Shown here piece after piece: positions 1-13,164 of a stretch of 64,000 nt of DNA (the first letter of the stretch is position 1; each line of letters begins with the position of its first letter). This DNA comes from the human T2T-CHM13v2.0 reference genome, Homo sapiens, in assembly GCF_009914755.1 (NCBI RefSeq), contig NC_060927.1; one strand, given 5' to 3'. Both the position numbers and the translations under genes were made by a program. Below the pieces are notes generated by a model. The model was not told the origin of the DNA. It did not search any database and was given only the letters and a program-made list of their open reading frames with translations.

Positions 1-148
1 CCTCCATCCTGAAGCTATCTAGGGGCTGCCAGCCATCAGTGAACTCATTAACATACAAAATGACACATAACTTTGAATGTTTTAAGGATTTTAGAGTGCT
101 ATGCCAGGAAACTGGGGAGGAAGACTAAATATATATTTTGCAGTATCA
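1..148 (-). mobile_element. MER21-family LTR fragment, truncated by the window edge
   Basis: gaagctatctaggggctgccagccatcagt...aagactaaatatatattttgcagtatca resembles the reverse complement of the MER21 consensus start (recalled). Confidence 0.7.
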
Positions 149-229
149 ATGATTAGGAAAAGTATCCTGTTTTAAGGAATTTCCTGATTATTGAATTATT
201 TCTAACCCTATCCAATACCTATAGTCTTA

Positions 230-622
230 AGTCTTAATCCATTTTCTGTTGCTGTAACTGAATACCTAGGATTGGGTAATTTATAAAGAAAAGAAATTTA
301 TTTTTTACCATTCTTAAGACTGGGAAGTTCAACATCTAGGGGCTGTATCTGGTGAGAGGCTTATAGCTGGTGAGTACCTGCAGAGTCCTGAGGGAGCACA
401 GGACATCACATGGTAAGGGGCTCACAAGGATGGCTAAACTGTCTTTTATAACAGACCCACTCTTGCCATCACTAACCCACTCCCTTGATAACCCATTAAG
501 CCATGAATCGATGAATGAGCCCTCATAACCGAATCACCTCCTAAAGGTCTTTTCAACACTGCTGCATTGGAGATCAACTTTTCAATACATGAACTTTTGG
601 GGGACACATTCAAGCTATAGCA
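230..622 (-). mobile_element. MaLR solo LTR (MSTC/MSTD/MLT1A-like)
   Basis: Typical MaLR termini in reverse: gggtaatttataaagaaaagaaattta ... ggggacacattcaagctatagca. Confidence 0.8.
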
Positions 623-984
623 CCCCATGATCTAGTACAGGGTTGAAGGAGAAAAATTCACCCAAAATGTAAATGTAACTGTGACTCATTTTTTGGCAAT
701 TTTCCAGAGGCATTTGAGTGAAACGTAAGAATAAACCAACATCCATCTTTGTCTTTTCTGTGCTGTGTGCCTATCCCCAATTTCCTAATGAAGTCATAAG
801 CAGCCTGAGAATTCCAGGCACATTCTTTGATGACGATTATTGTATCTTCCCTTGAGTAAGTCTGCAGACCCAAGAGAATCATTTAGATGAATTTGGCTCA
901 CGTCTCCCTCTCCTTGCTGTCTCCTCATGCCAAGAACTTGGTCACAAGTGGGCAAAGCATGATACGGGTGACCACAGTGAGATC

Positions 985-1135
985 GCTCACTTAACTGGCA
1001 TTGCTGAGTGGCTTCTCTGTGCCAGGCACTGTGCCAGGGGCTGGAAATACTGAGATAAGTGAAGGCAGATGACAGTGGCCTGCCCCAGCTCATTCACAGC
1101 TTACTAGGGAAGTTATTCAAGTAAACCAGCAATTG
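985..1135 (-). mobile_element. L2 3' fragment
   Basis: tgtgccaggcactgtgccaggggctggaaatac is the typical antisense L2 3' end. Confidence 0.65.
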
Positions 1136-1136
1136 A

Positions 1137-1151
1137 GGGTCACTGTGACCT
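1137..1151. promoter_or_regulatory. Perfect oestrogen response element motif
   Basis: GGGTCA-ctg-TGACCT matches RGGTCAnnnTGACCY; forkhead motif GCAAATA at 1174-1180. Motif only, function untested. Confidence 0.45.
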
Positions 1152-1888
1152 TTCCACTATGAACTAAAAACAGGCAAATAAATCAGATCTACATTTGAAG
1201 TTGTTTCAATATCTAAACACAATTTAAAGGTAAAAATTTCAGACTTTGTCAGCACATTTTGCCTATGTTATTGACAGTTCATGTGTTTCTCATAAGAATA
1301 TTTGGCATGACATGTATCTGACAGGTAATCAGAGTTTTTACATTTAAAATGTTTCATGAAGTCACTTGAACATAGTACAGACACAGCCCAAGAAACTAAT
1401 TTCTCATAGATGATCAGCCATAACCTCACGCCACTAAAATGACCAAATTGTGAAACAAGCAGCAGCTACTAATTGACCCAGGAAATTTTCAATGACATTT
1501 GCTAACAGAGCTACTGACTTAATTTGAAATATTACTTTTCTTCTACCAGAGAAAAATAATCAAGGGACGTGAGATGAACAAAACATGCACCTACAGGGCT
1601 GATCCAAAATGACAAGTAGGAAAGCCCAAGCTAGAAGAGTTGAAATTTAGATGAGGCTGAAACCTGTAGTTCATAATCAGAGACAAGATTTAAAAGGGCG
1701 AAGCATTAGAAGGAGGGTGGGCTAGGAAATAATAAATGTAGGGCTTCAGGGAGCATATCTTTTTGACAAGAATGTTAATCATATATGTTACTAATCTGCC
1801 AAATTAAATTTCACAGTGCCACATGCACAGACAGGCATTATAATACTGGCAAAAATGAATTAAAATCCCAGTAATTAATTTATGGGTT

Positions 1889-1917
1889 TGAACTGGTTTT
1901 GAACTCCTGAGTGAACT
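1889..1917 (-). promoter_or_regulatory. Triple AGTTCA half-site cluster (DR5 RARE-type plus DR6)
   Basis: TGAACT at 1889, 1900 and 1912 with spacers of 5 and 6 nt. Motif only. Confidence 0.4.
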
Positions 1918-1949
1918 CAGTGCTGGGAAATAATTGAGGCTTAGATCGT

Positions 1950-2095
1950 GGACTTTTAGAATTGGAAAGAAATGTAGAGATCTTCCTGACCAATCCTATC
2001 ACCTTCTACGATAGGAAACTGAGTATCTGAGGGGTTAAGGGACTTAGGCAAGGTCACCCAGATAGTTAATGGCAGTGGCAGTTCTAAAAAACAGT
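1950..2095 (-). mobile_element. MIR/MIR3
   Basis: gataggaaactgag...ggttaagggacttaggcaaggtcacccag, MIR core. Confidence 0.75.
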
Positions 2096-2671
2096 CTGCT
2101 CTTGAGGACACACATAAAATTTTGACATGTCAGTATATGAAATGCCAGCTGACCTAAAAATGCAATCAAATGGGAAGAAAAAAACAGCTACGTTAAAGTT
2201 TGAGATAGTACAGATAATCAAACTGATGAATCAAAGTTAAGGCTTATTTAAATAATTAATTAGAATCCTTTAATTGAGGATAACAATTCTTGTCAACTCT
2301 GATCATATAAAGAAATTACCTCAAGTGAGTGGGTAGCTACAGGATCTCAGCGGGGACAACCTAGAGCAGTCTACCTCCTAAGGTATTGGAGACTCACTCT
2401 CCTGGAAAAACAATAAGAGTAATTCCACCCCACGTCCCTACCACAGGCTTGTGAGAAACTCAGATACAGGAACTACCTCACAGGACTCTGCGGCAGAAAT
2501 CTTAAATCTACACTACAGCTGCCTCACATAGCAGAAAGCACTCGAACTGTGACATCTAGGGCAGAGTGTTCTTACATGAATCTCCCCAGGTAGTTCTGTT
2601 CATAAAATACTGCAGAATTGGCAGTCTCTGCAAATGTCTTTCTGGGGGAATTGATTCATAAGCATAGAGTC

Positions 2672-2979
2672 CAGTGGTCCCTCAACGTTCAGATTTTACG
2701 GACTAGTACATTTTCAAATAAATTCACAGCACTCACTGGTAGCTTTTTACTTTGCCAAGCAAGAACATTTTTTAAGTATACATTTATATCATAAAAGAAG
2801 GATCATTTTCACCTCAAAAAAGTGGGAAGGAGATGTATAATAAAAAAAAATACAGTACCAATTCAACTTAATGAAAATCTATATTGCCCTTCTTTTTAAA
2901 GTTTCATTTCATACTGGACCAGTGAAACCTTTGTCAGGGTTATCTCCAACCAGCCCACAGACAGCATTTGGAAATCATG
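2672..2979. mobile_element. hAT-Charlie MITE (Charlie18a-like)
   Basis: Starts cagtggtccctcaa...gattttacggactagta and ends catttggaaatcatg; Charlie-type terminal inverted repeats. Confidence 0.6.
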
Positions 2980-3039
2980 ATCTTACTGCATCAGAAAATA
3001 TCTACCACCACAAACATTTATTCAGAATATCTACTAATA

Positions 3040-3503
3040 GCTTTAAGAAACAGATTCCAACCAAGATAGTTTGAGAAATTTTAGTGAAGGGGCTACTTAA
3101 GAGGTATGGGCAGAGTTCAAGGAATAAGAAGGATGGCAGGACACCCATGGTAAACATGGGCCAGAAGCTGTTACCACCCAGGCCTGAGGGACTCGAGGAG
3201 GAAGCAGGCTAGCCAGGAGAGTTGAAACGACCAGATAAACAATATAATCATGCGATAATACAGTTATCTGCAGAAAACACTACCCAGGGTAGGGAAGGAA
3301 CAGAAAAGGTGTATCTTGACTTCTCCTGTCCTCCAGATTCCTGCTAGACCTTCCATTGGCTGAATCCAACTGGAAGCCAGGGGATGAGAGCCCAGATAAT
3401 GTGACCCACAAGTGCTTAACCTCCTGGGCCTAAAGCAAAGTGAAGAAGGATGGATCTGGTGACAGGAGGAAGGAGTGGAAAGGAGAAGACTCACACAAAA
3501 CAA
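3040..3503 (-). mobile_element. LTR33-like ERVL LTR
   Basis: ccattggctgaatccaactggaagccaggg and ttaccacccaggcctgaggg resemble reversed LTR33. Confidence 0.65.
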
Positions 3504-5159
3504 ATAATTTCAGAATTATAGTAGATGGTCATTCTACTTTTGAACACTTCAGTTCTTAGAAACTTAAAACCCTTTTCACGGGCTAAACTGCAAAAGAACA
3601 GTCTTGAGAATGTTTTCATACGCCCACCCTTCTTATACTACCATTTTCTTTCTAGTGCCATTTTCCTATTGAAGAGTTCAGTGCTGATATATGAATTAAA
3701 TTCTATATACACATACACTTTGCTCTCTAAAACTTTCTTGTCCTGAATAAGTTTGGGATTTACTACCATTAGTCATTCAGTTCCAATAATTGTTTACACA
3801 CCTTATCTTCTTGATTTTTTTCTTAAATCATATATAACAATCTGGCAGAATTTTTTTTTGCTTAAAACTGCACCTAATTTTAGCTACTTCTGTTGAGGAA
3901 GGAGGTAGGTAGCATATTTATATCAGTAGAAAGCTAAATTCCAAAATTATAACAGAGATCGATAAGGGAGGGATAAAGAAGACATTCAACTGTTTAAGCC
4001 TCTGTCAGTTGTTCTTGCTGGTAAAATGAGGGGGCCCTTTCTTTCTCTAAGAACATTAATGAGGCTCTGGGTATCCAAGGGAGAACCAGGGCCACAGAGA
4101 ATGGCTGCAAAACCTAGCAGCACAAAAATATGAAAGAAACTGAGTTTTCAGAGGTTGTCAAGAGTCAGAAAACAGGAGGAAAGAGGTAGGAAACCTAAGC
4201 GTAGGAGGACTGAGCAACATGAGGTGCAGCCGGAGCTTGAAGAGAACAGGAGCCCCCTGTGAGGTAGCTGGGACAGAGGGTTGTGAAGAATGAGGGATAT
4301 CTGATGTCAAGTGGTTTTGTGTTCCATAATGTAATGCTTTCTCCATAGACTCAAACTTCAGTCAAGTTTGACATACATATAAATGTCTTATATGGATGGT
4401 CTGAGGGAAGGAAAAAAAGCTGAGTGCCACTTGTGGCTTAGCATGAAGCACGGGAAGTCGGCAGTGTGGGAGGAGAGCCCCTAGCACAATTGAGATTCCA
4501 GAGGCAGTGGACCCTGGGAGCTGTGAGGGACCAAGAGAACATGAGCCACAGGAATTCACAGGACTATTGGGGAAGCCATTGGGCTGCCCTCAGAAAGTCA
4601 GATGTGGGCTCAAGGCAAAGTTATTTAAAGCTCAGCAAGACAATGTGATCGTTATGGACATCTGAGTTAAACACTAAATTCCAGAAAGCCATGATGATGT
4701 ATCTGCTATTGGTCAAGGAGACCTCAGTGATTCAACTTGCTAACTTTATGGAATTAAAGTAAAATCTCAATTCACAGATTGAGAGGTTCATGCTATCTCC
4801 AATACTGATACTCCACATTTTATAAGCATATCGCTTAATATGTATATTCTCAGAAATTAGTCTCAAAATATATACATGAAAATTGTCATGAGTAAAAAGA
4901 AAAAGTGACATATTGCATTCTTTACTAGGCCACAAACTATTACAATTTTTGGACTAGGACAGTTACTGTTTTGCTGCACACAACACTGTCCGTCTGTTCC
5001 CTTTTACTCTTTCAGCCAGTAATGTGTCAGACTGTGGCCGAGTTTTAGAGTCTTACTAACTTACCAGAGATTTTTCAAAATGCTGTAAAATAAATCCAAC
5101 CTCAGTCAGCCAGTTAAGTACTTCAATATTTGCAATGGCACATAAAATTCTTTTTAGAG

Positions 5160-5330
5160 CACTGGGATATAATGGAAGTAGCTCTACAAAGAAAGTTTGG
5201 AGACCTCAGCAAGAGTCTAACTCTGCTTTTAGGACCTGAATGACCATGGATAAGTTTCTTGCCTTTCTGGGCCTCAGTTTCCCCATCTTAAAAAGAACAG
5301 AATAAGTACTTGGTTGTTTAAGGATCTGTG
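5160..5330 (+). mobile_element. MIR
   Basis: ctgggcctcagtttccccatct core. Confidence 0.7.
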
Positions 5331-5494
5331 AGAAAAAGATAGCTGGTGTCCTAAACAAGCCGATTAATTACTCCAATAAAGTCTCCTTGTTTCTTCTGCT
5401 TCCAGGCACTCTCTCAGTTTACAAGTAGTCAGCCATCACTTTCGTAGCAGTTAAAGTGGAATCACTGGCTTGATTTTTCTACTTTTATTTAAAC

Positions 5495-5930
5495 TCCATC
5501 CATTCATCATACCTAGATAAATATAAACCAAGCAAATACTAATTTCTAGGGATTCAAAATAAGAATAAAATATAACCTCTACTCTTGAGGAGCTTCCAAC
5601 CTAGAGAGAAGATGCATCCATAAACAAAGTTCTCCAAGTTATATCAAAATTTCAAGAGAAGACAAGTGCAGTGGCTAAATTTTCCAGTGGAGGGAGGGCA
5701 TCAAGAAAGGTTCCACAAAGGAAGAGCTATTCTAGTCGATCCTTTAGCAATGAGGAGGAACCAACTAGGTGGGTAGGGGGGAAGCACACGTGTGCAAAGG
5801 AACTGGAGTGAGCAAGCAGGTTGTATATTTGAATAGTGAGTAGTCCAGTGTTCATAGGCCATGAGGTACGTAGAAGGGAAGAAAAGTGAAATAAAGTTAG
5901 AAAAATGCTCTATTATGTCACTTTATGTCT
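5495..5930 (-). mobile_element. L2 fragment
   Basis: ccattcat start, ctcttgaggagcttccaacctag, aagaaaggttcc; degraded antisense L2. Confidence 0.55.
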
Positions 5931-5954
5931 CAGCTAATGGCAAAGGCTATTAGT

Positions 5955-6340
5955 TGTTTGTAAATATCCAGGATCCTTTTCTTTAATGAAGTAACTCCTG
6001 TGTTTTAGCTGAGTGTGTGGCCGCTTAGCTGAAGTATTTCTCGTTGGCCTTCCTGGCAGCTTGATGTGGCCTCGTGACTAAGGTTCAACCAAAAAGATTG
6101 TAAGTGATAAGTGCCACTTTCAGAATGTGCCCCCTAAAGAGCCTGATATGAGTTCCTCCAGCCCTGTCCCTTCCCACTAGGTGGGAGATGGAACCAACAG
6201 AAGCAGCCGCTTAAAACCTGGAGATAGCAGAGTTGCCCTACGAGCCCTGGACGACTCGCCTCTGAGTGTTATGTGAGAGATAAACATCTGTCCTATTTAA
6301 GCAACTGTATTTTAGGTATTTTTTTTTTACAGCACTGATA
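5955..6340 (+). mobile_element. MLT1 (H/I-like) MaLR LTR
   Basis: tgtggcctcgtgactaag ... atgtgagagataaacatctgtcctatttaagcaactgtatttt. Confidence 0.7.
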
Positions 6341-6499
6341 TGATTACATTCTGGAATTTAGAATTTATTTGCTAAGCGATGGAAAACCACAGCAAGCAGA
6401 GAGGGAAATGACCTAATCAGACATGCATTATGGAAAGCAAGAATTGATGGGAAACGATGAAATGGAAAGACAGGAGTGGAAGGACCTATGCTACGAGGG

Positions 6500-6730
6500 G
6501 CTGCCTGCCCTATGCCACATACTATACTAAGCATTATTTTGCTAAGCATTGTCTCATTTAATCCTCATAACTTGTAAAGATGATATTATTACCATTTTAC
6601 AGATGAGGAATCCCATGCTCAGACAGATTTGATAGAAATGCTCAGGGTCTCACAGCTGGTTGAGTGGCAAAGTTGGAATTCAAATCTAAGTTTGTCTGTC
6701 TCTAAAGCTAGTGTTCTCTCCTCTGCACCC
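6500..6730 (-). mobile_element. MIR
   Basis: tctcatttaatcctcataac...ccattttacagatgaggaa...ggaattcaaatc. Confidence 0.8.
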
Positions 6731-7855
6731 AACTTCCCCCTAGATGAGAGATGACATGGGATGGAGGTGGAGTCAGTGGTAAATAGCAGCAAACGATATA
6801 AAATACATTTCAGAGGTGGAACTGATAGGAACCGTTGACTGACAGCCCTGGAAAATGAGGAGTTACCTACCTATTCACTTATTCATTTTCCAGGCATGAA
6901 TCCGAGATTTTGTGGGGGGTGATGTTCTGTCACTGACCTATTTGGTTTTTTTCCAAGTCGGATTCAATATTGTATTTGTCTTGTTCTTTTCAAAGCTCAG
7001 TTTGTTTTCTCACTTTGAATGCCAAATGTGGTTCAAAGACCCTTGCAGTGGAAGTCTCCAAAGACTTCCTACCTCCCTCTGTTTTCATTAGGGTATCTCT
7101 CTTTCCTTTGCCACATCAAACACCTACCCTTTGGAGTTTGAAACAAAATCTATTGACAATATTCTTGTAAAGCTGGAAAACTGGTTATATTGCTCCCTGC
7201 TATCATTAGCGTGAAATCGTCTTTTGCTTGGACCAGAGGTCTGGTATAGAATGGTATTAAAAAATCTCTATTGCTCTTCAGAGCTTGCATGGAAGATGGT
7301 TTAATTGTGCTGTAACATGGAGATATAAAATTCTGGTCATTTTTCAGTGAAGAGCTCAATGAAACATCCAGAGGAAGAGTTTGAAAATCAAATTAACCTT
7401 CCATGACAGGTGTATTTGTGTTTCGAAACTCAACCTCCATACGTGATAATATCTTATTTTTATCTAGCAGTTCACAGATTTAAAAATAATTCCATATTTA
7501 TTATGACATTTTACCCTCTTAATAACTCTAAGAAGCAGGCAAAATAAGAATATTATCTCCAGATACAGAAGAAGAAATAGGTTCAAGCAGTTAGGCGACT
7601 TGGCCATGGACTCTGTGGTATAAAGCCAATACAGGCAGGGCAGAAATATAATTCAGAAGCAAAATGCTTCTTCCTATTACAAACTCTGTGTAGATAATTT
7701 CATGAACTTCTAGAAAATTAACTCAACTCCTTTAGCACAGTCAAGTCCGGGGAGCCAGGCTTATGATTCCAGTTCTTATGAATGTCAGAGATGAGATAGT
7801 TGAGAAGTTGTAGGACACACTCATGGTGCAGCTGATTAAAAATACGAGCTCTTGC

Positions 7856-8217
7856 AATACTATGCAGCCATAAAAAAGAATGAAGTCATGTCCTTTGTAG
7901 GGACATGGATGGAGCTGGAAACCATCATTCTCAGCAAACTAACACAGGAACAGAAAACCAAACACTGCATGTTCTCACTCATAAGTGGGAGTTGAACAGT
8001 GAGAACACATGGACACAGAGAGGGCAACATCATACACCAGGGCGTGTTGGGGGGTGGGGGGGAAGGGGAGGGAGAACATTAGGACAAATACCTAATGTAT
8101 GCAGGGCTTAAAACCTAGATGACGGGTTGATGGGTGCAGGAACCCACCATGGCACATATATACCCATGTAACAAACCTGCATGTTCTGCACATGTATCCC
8201 AGAACTTAACAAAAAAA
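7856..8217 (+). mobile_element. 5'-truncated L1PA (L1PA7/8-like) 3' end
   Basis: ORF2 end and 3'UTR (aaaccatcattctcagcaaactaacacaggaac..., G-rich tract, atcccagaacttaa), short A tail, gagctct flanking both ends as TSD. Confidence 0.92.
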
Positions 8218-8285
8218 GAGCTCTGCCATTATTTTCCCAAAATAGCATAGGTAAACCCACTCTAATTTTTTACATATGAGTAAAT

Positions 8286-8313
8286 TGACCCCAAGAGTGA
8301 ACTGCAGTGAACT
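8286..8313 (-). promoter_or_regulatory. Nuclear-receptor DR4 plus DR6 half-site cluster
   Basis: TGACCC(8286)-n6-TGAACT(8298)-n4-TGAACT(8308). Motif only. Confidence 0.3.
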
Positions 8314-8985
8314 GAAGAAGATGCCCATCAAATACACCAGAAGACCCTCTGCTTCTGACCCCACCTGTATTGCTGGGTTTCAGTGTCATTCACTCCACTC
8401 CTCTCCTCGGTGTCTTTCTCCTTGACCCCCTGTGTATTTCTCAATCTCCCTCTCTCTTATAAAATTCCATATAATTTTTCTCATAAGTGGAAATTATAAT
8501 TTATAAAATTCATTATTAATTATTCCAGGTAAGAATGATTAATATTGCTGTTAAAATCAAAACTTTACAGGCATTAAAACTGTACCCAATAAAACTTATT
8601 AACTAAAAATTAGTGAAAATATAAAATATTCTTGAGAAAATTTAGTTAGGAAAAAACTGACTCAAAAAAACTGTACTTTGCAGAAATAATGGCCATAAGA
8701 GAAAAACTCATGATGACCAAAGCTATAATCATTTTTTAAGATATCAATGACAAAAATGAATACTGATATAAAATTTAAACGAAAAGAATTGATCCTGGTG
8801 AAAATAATTTTAGTAAAATAAAAATGGTAAGGGAAAAATATTAAAAACCATTAAATGCACTCTATAGAAAATTAATCAGGAAATTAAACTGGCCTAGAGG
8901 TTTTCACTCCAGAAAATACTTTGTTGAACCAAATAATTCAATGTTGGCATAATTCTGACTGAAATATTTATATTAAGAATTGTTC

Positions 8986-9318
<333 letters not shown>

Positions 9319-10464
9319 TTATTTCCTTAGCCAGGAAAATCTCTTCCTTGGACTGGAGTTTTCATCTCTTTCAGATGAAGATGTTGAGATAGATTATTTT
9401 TCCCTTATTTAATCAGATGATTAGCCAGATGTAGTTTATTGTGTTTCTATAATTATATGATGAGGTAGATAAGTATTAAATTCTTTAACAATTTTTAAAA
9501 CTAACTTCCAAGTCATTGTAAATGGAAAGAGATCATGAAAGTCAGTCAGAAATAAACACAGGCAACATGTCATTTTTGGTCACATAATATGAAGACTTAG
9601 ACAATTACTCATATAAATGACAGAGTTAAAGCAATGAAAACACTTTGTCACTCTGATAAATAACAAAAAAATTGATTTACTGTATAAACCAAGACAAAAA
9701 TCTTCATTTTTCATTTTTGAAATTCTGCAAGATAGAATATGAGAGACACCCTTGAATCTATATGAATAATTGAGTCTGAGGTTTAAGTCCTCAAAATCTG
9801 ATTTTTTTATGTCTTATGTTACTGGCCAGACAGAATATTTCAATATTGAAGTAGACACTTCATTCAGAGCAATCATAAGATAATAAAGCACATTATGGCA
9901 ATATAAAAACAATCAACCAATGTAAAATTGAGTCAAGTAAATAATCAATAGGTTTATGAATTTATTTTGTCAAAATTTGTTTTCTCTAATTTTGTTATGT
10001 ATATCTGATCTCACTTAAAACTTCAAACATTGTTTAAAATATTCCTGTTTGAAGGCATTTTCACTAATTACAATTTCCTGTTAAGGTGATTTTATGACCT
10101 ACGGGTTGAACTTAAGATGCATCCTGACAGCCCATAGCAAAATATGCAGGGCACTCATTCAAAAGCCACTGTTGTGCAGCAAACCATCTGGCTAGAGAAG
10201 CCAACAAGATCTACTATGAAAGGATGGTGATCTTGGTTCAGATAGCTACTGGCTAGTCCTCCCATTCCCAGGCTAGAGGAACTATAGGTCCTCAAAAAGA
10301 AGTTAACATGCAGATGTGATCATTTTTGCTCATTTATCTATGTATATATTTGATTACATAAAACAAAGCATTCCAACAAAAACTTGGATTTCATTCAGAA
10401 TCATTTGTCTCAGAGATCATCGAGGTTGTGTTCCTTGGCATATATAAATTATTACAGTCTTCAA

Positions 10465-10700
10465 TTAATAACAATAATGTATATTAACATTTACTGACAC
10501 ACTCGCTGTTCTAAGCGCATACGTATTTAACCTGTACTAAAACCTTATGGGGTAGGTGCCATTATTATCTCCACTTTACAGATGAGGAATCTAGGGTTCA
10601 GAGAGGTCCTATAACTTGCTTAAAGTCACCTAGGAAATGTCAGATCTAGGATTTGAATATAAGTAGTGTGGTTCTAAAGCCTATGGAGTTCAGCCTCCCC
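10465..10700 (-). mobile_element. MIR
   Basis: ggtaggtgccattattatctccactttacagatgaggaa...aaagtcac. Confidence 0.8.
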
Positions 10701-11324
10701 AGAATAGTGTGGGTTTTGGGAAGAAAATGATTGCATACAGAAATTTAAATTTATTTTCTACAGCAACCAATTGAGAGCTTTAGACATACATTTTCTCTTT
10801 AATGTGGAAGGCAACTCCTTTGCAACTGTAAATCTAAAGGCCATAATTTCTTTGGCAAAATTATACTGTGTCCTAATATGGATTTTATTTTCTCATCTTA
10901 AAGTTTCCCTTTCTTTTTTGACTACAATAGCCATTTAGAATTCAGTGTACCTTAAGAATTCTAGGTTAATGTCCTTATCTTGTTTTTTTTCACCCCGTGT
11001 GTGGGTCACAGCTGCCTTATCTCTTTAACCTAACCACGGTGCTGTTATTTTTTCCATTTGCATTTTGGGAAGATCAAGTGAGAGGAGTGATGGAATAACA
11101 CCAATATACTCAGTTATGTTTTCTTCATCCCTAACCTATCTCAACCCTTCTCAATTCTGGTAAGACTGTGAAAGTGACCATGTTCAGAAAGGCAATTGCG
11201 TAGTTTAAACCGCTGTGTTTAAATGAAAAGGTGAGAAGGAAGCTTAAATTTAAAATAACTTTGATTTCTGTTAACTTTCACTGGAAAACTATGCACTTGA
11301 TCCCTAAAAATAAAATGGAATCGA

Positions 11325-12330
11325 CTTTTGTTCGTTTATTTAATGGATATTTAAGAAGAGCCTGCTATCAGCCAGGCACTGTGCTAGGTGCGTGCAAGGG
11401 ACACGAAGTGAAATAAGGCATGACAGACTGTCCTCAAGGAGGTCACAGGACAGCCAGGAGATTCGGACAGGAAGACAAACATGAGAATTAAAAATGCACA
11501 GGTGCCGTGATAGTAGGTTCAGTGAGGATGTGAAAGAGAAAGAATAAATTCTCCTTGGTGGTGGTCAGGAAAAGTTTCCTCAAAGGTACAATGCTTTGGT
11601 TAACTCTCAAAAGAAAAGTTTCAAGGCAGCCAGCCCAAGAACGGGGTAGAGGTAAGGGCATTCCAGGAAGAAGGTACAGAGGGACAAATATCTAGACCCA
11701 AAACCACAGGTCCCGTTCAGGGTTCTACAAGGCATTCAGATCATGTTCAGTGTTGTGAGGAAGAGGGAAGAGCTGGACAGGTAACCAAGCCCTGGAGGCC
11801 ACACTTAAACAAGTTTGTACTTTCTGACGGGAGTGGGAAGCAATTTGGGATTTTAAGCAAGAGAGTGGAGAGTGCTAATATCAGATTTGTGTTTATGAAT
11901 TATCACTCTGGTTGTAACTTGAACAGTAGAGGAAAAGACAGCCAGGTGGCTGATTAGGAGACTGTTTCGTTAGAGTGAAAGACGTTGAGCGTATACTAAG
12001 TCAATTGAGAGAGCTACAGTTGGCCTACCTGGCACCTTTATGGGATTTAGAAAAAGGCACCTCCCTCCTCACCTTGGACTGAGAAGTCCCATTGGCTTGA
12101 AGATGACCCTTACCTGCCTCAGCCAGGCTCCTTTGTGTGAGTACAAACTGCTTAGCACATGCAGCATGTCATGACCTTGGCAGATGGTGTGGGGGTGAAG
12201 AGGAATAAGGTTCACCTGACAGAACTGAATAGAATGTGGGAGATGCAGAAACGATGAGTCTAGAATGACTCCCAGATTTCTAATTTGGGTGAATGACAGT
12301 ACTATTTACAAAGAAAGAAAATTTGATTAC
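11325..12330 (-). mobile_element. L2 (multi-piece), interrupted at about 12010-12220
   Basis: gccaggcactgtgctaggtg...gattttaagcaag...atcagatttgtgttt...aatgactcccagatttctaatttggg. Confidence 0.75.
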
Positions 12331-12701
12331 AAAAATTGATTTGAAAGAACAGAGAACTATGTCAAAATGAATGCTTTCAATGTACATGTGCTGGAAAAAT
12401 CAAAACATATTTGTCTATCCAGAGAGGTCGCTTGATGATCAGCAGTGCCTAATTTTACTAGGATGTAGCTTTCTCTGTGCCCTGTACAGTTGCCCTGTGG
12501 CTCCAGAGAGTCTATCTGAGGCCTGCACCCCATCCCCTACTCCTTCAAACCTAGAGTTGCTTCTCTTTTCCCAGTCTCAGTGATGGGAATGTGGGGGACA
12601 AGTCCTCTCAGAGAGCCAAGTGCACATTCTGCTTTCCTGAGAGCTGACCTGGAATACTATGAGTAGAGTTTGGGGCTTACAAGCTCTGGGGCAAGATAGC
12701 A

Positions 12702-12989
<288 letters not shown>

Positions 12990-13164
12990 TGACAGAGCAT
13001 AACCATATCAGAAATTACCAAGGAAATGATCAACCATATGAGGGCTGGGGACATGGACGATTTCTTTCAGGACCTCCAGGACTAGACACAGTGCCACGTA
13101 GAAGAGGAATCATTTATTATTGGTTGATAGAAGACTCCTGTCAATGTGATATCTTCCTTCAGAT

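Noticed and set aside
8049-8072. G-quadruplex-capable G tracts (also near 50091)
   Set aside because: A standard feature of the L1PA 3'UTR
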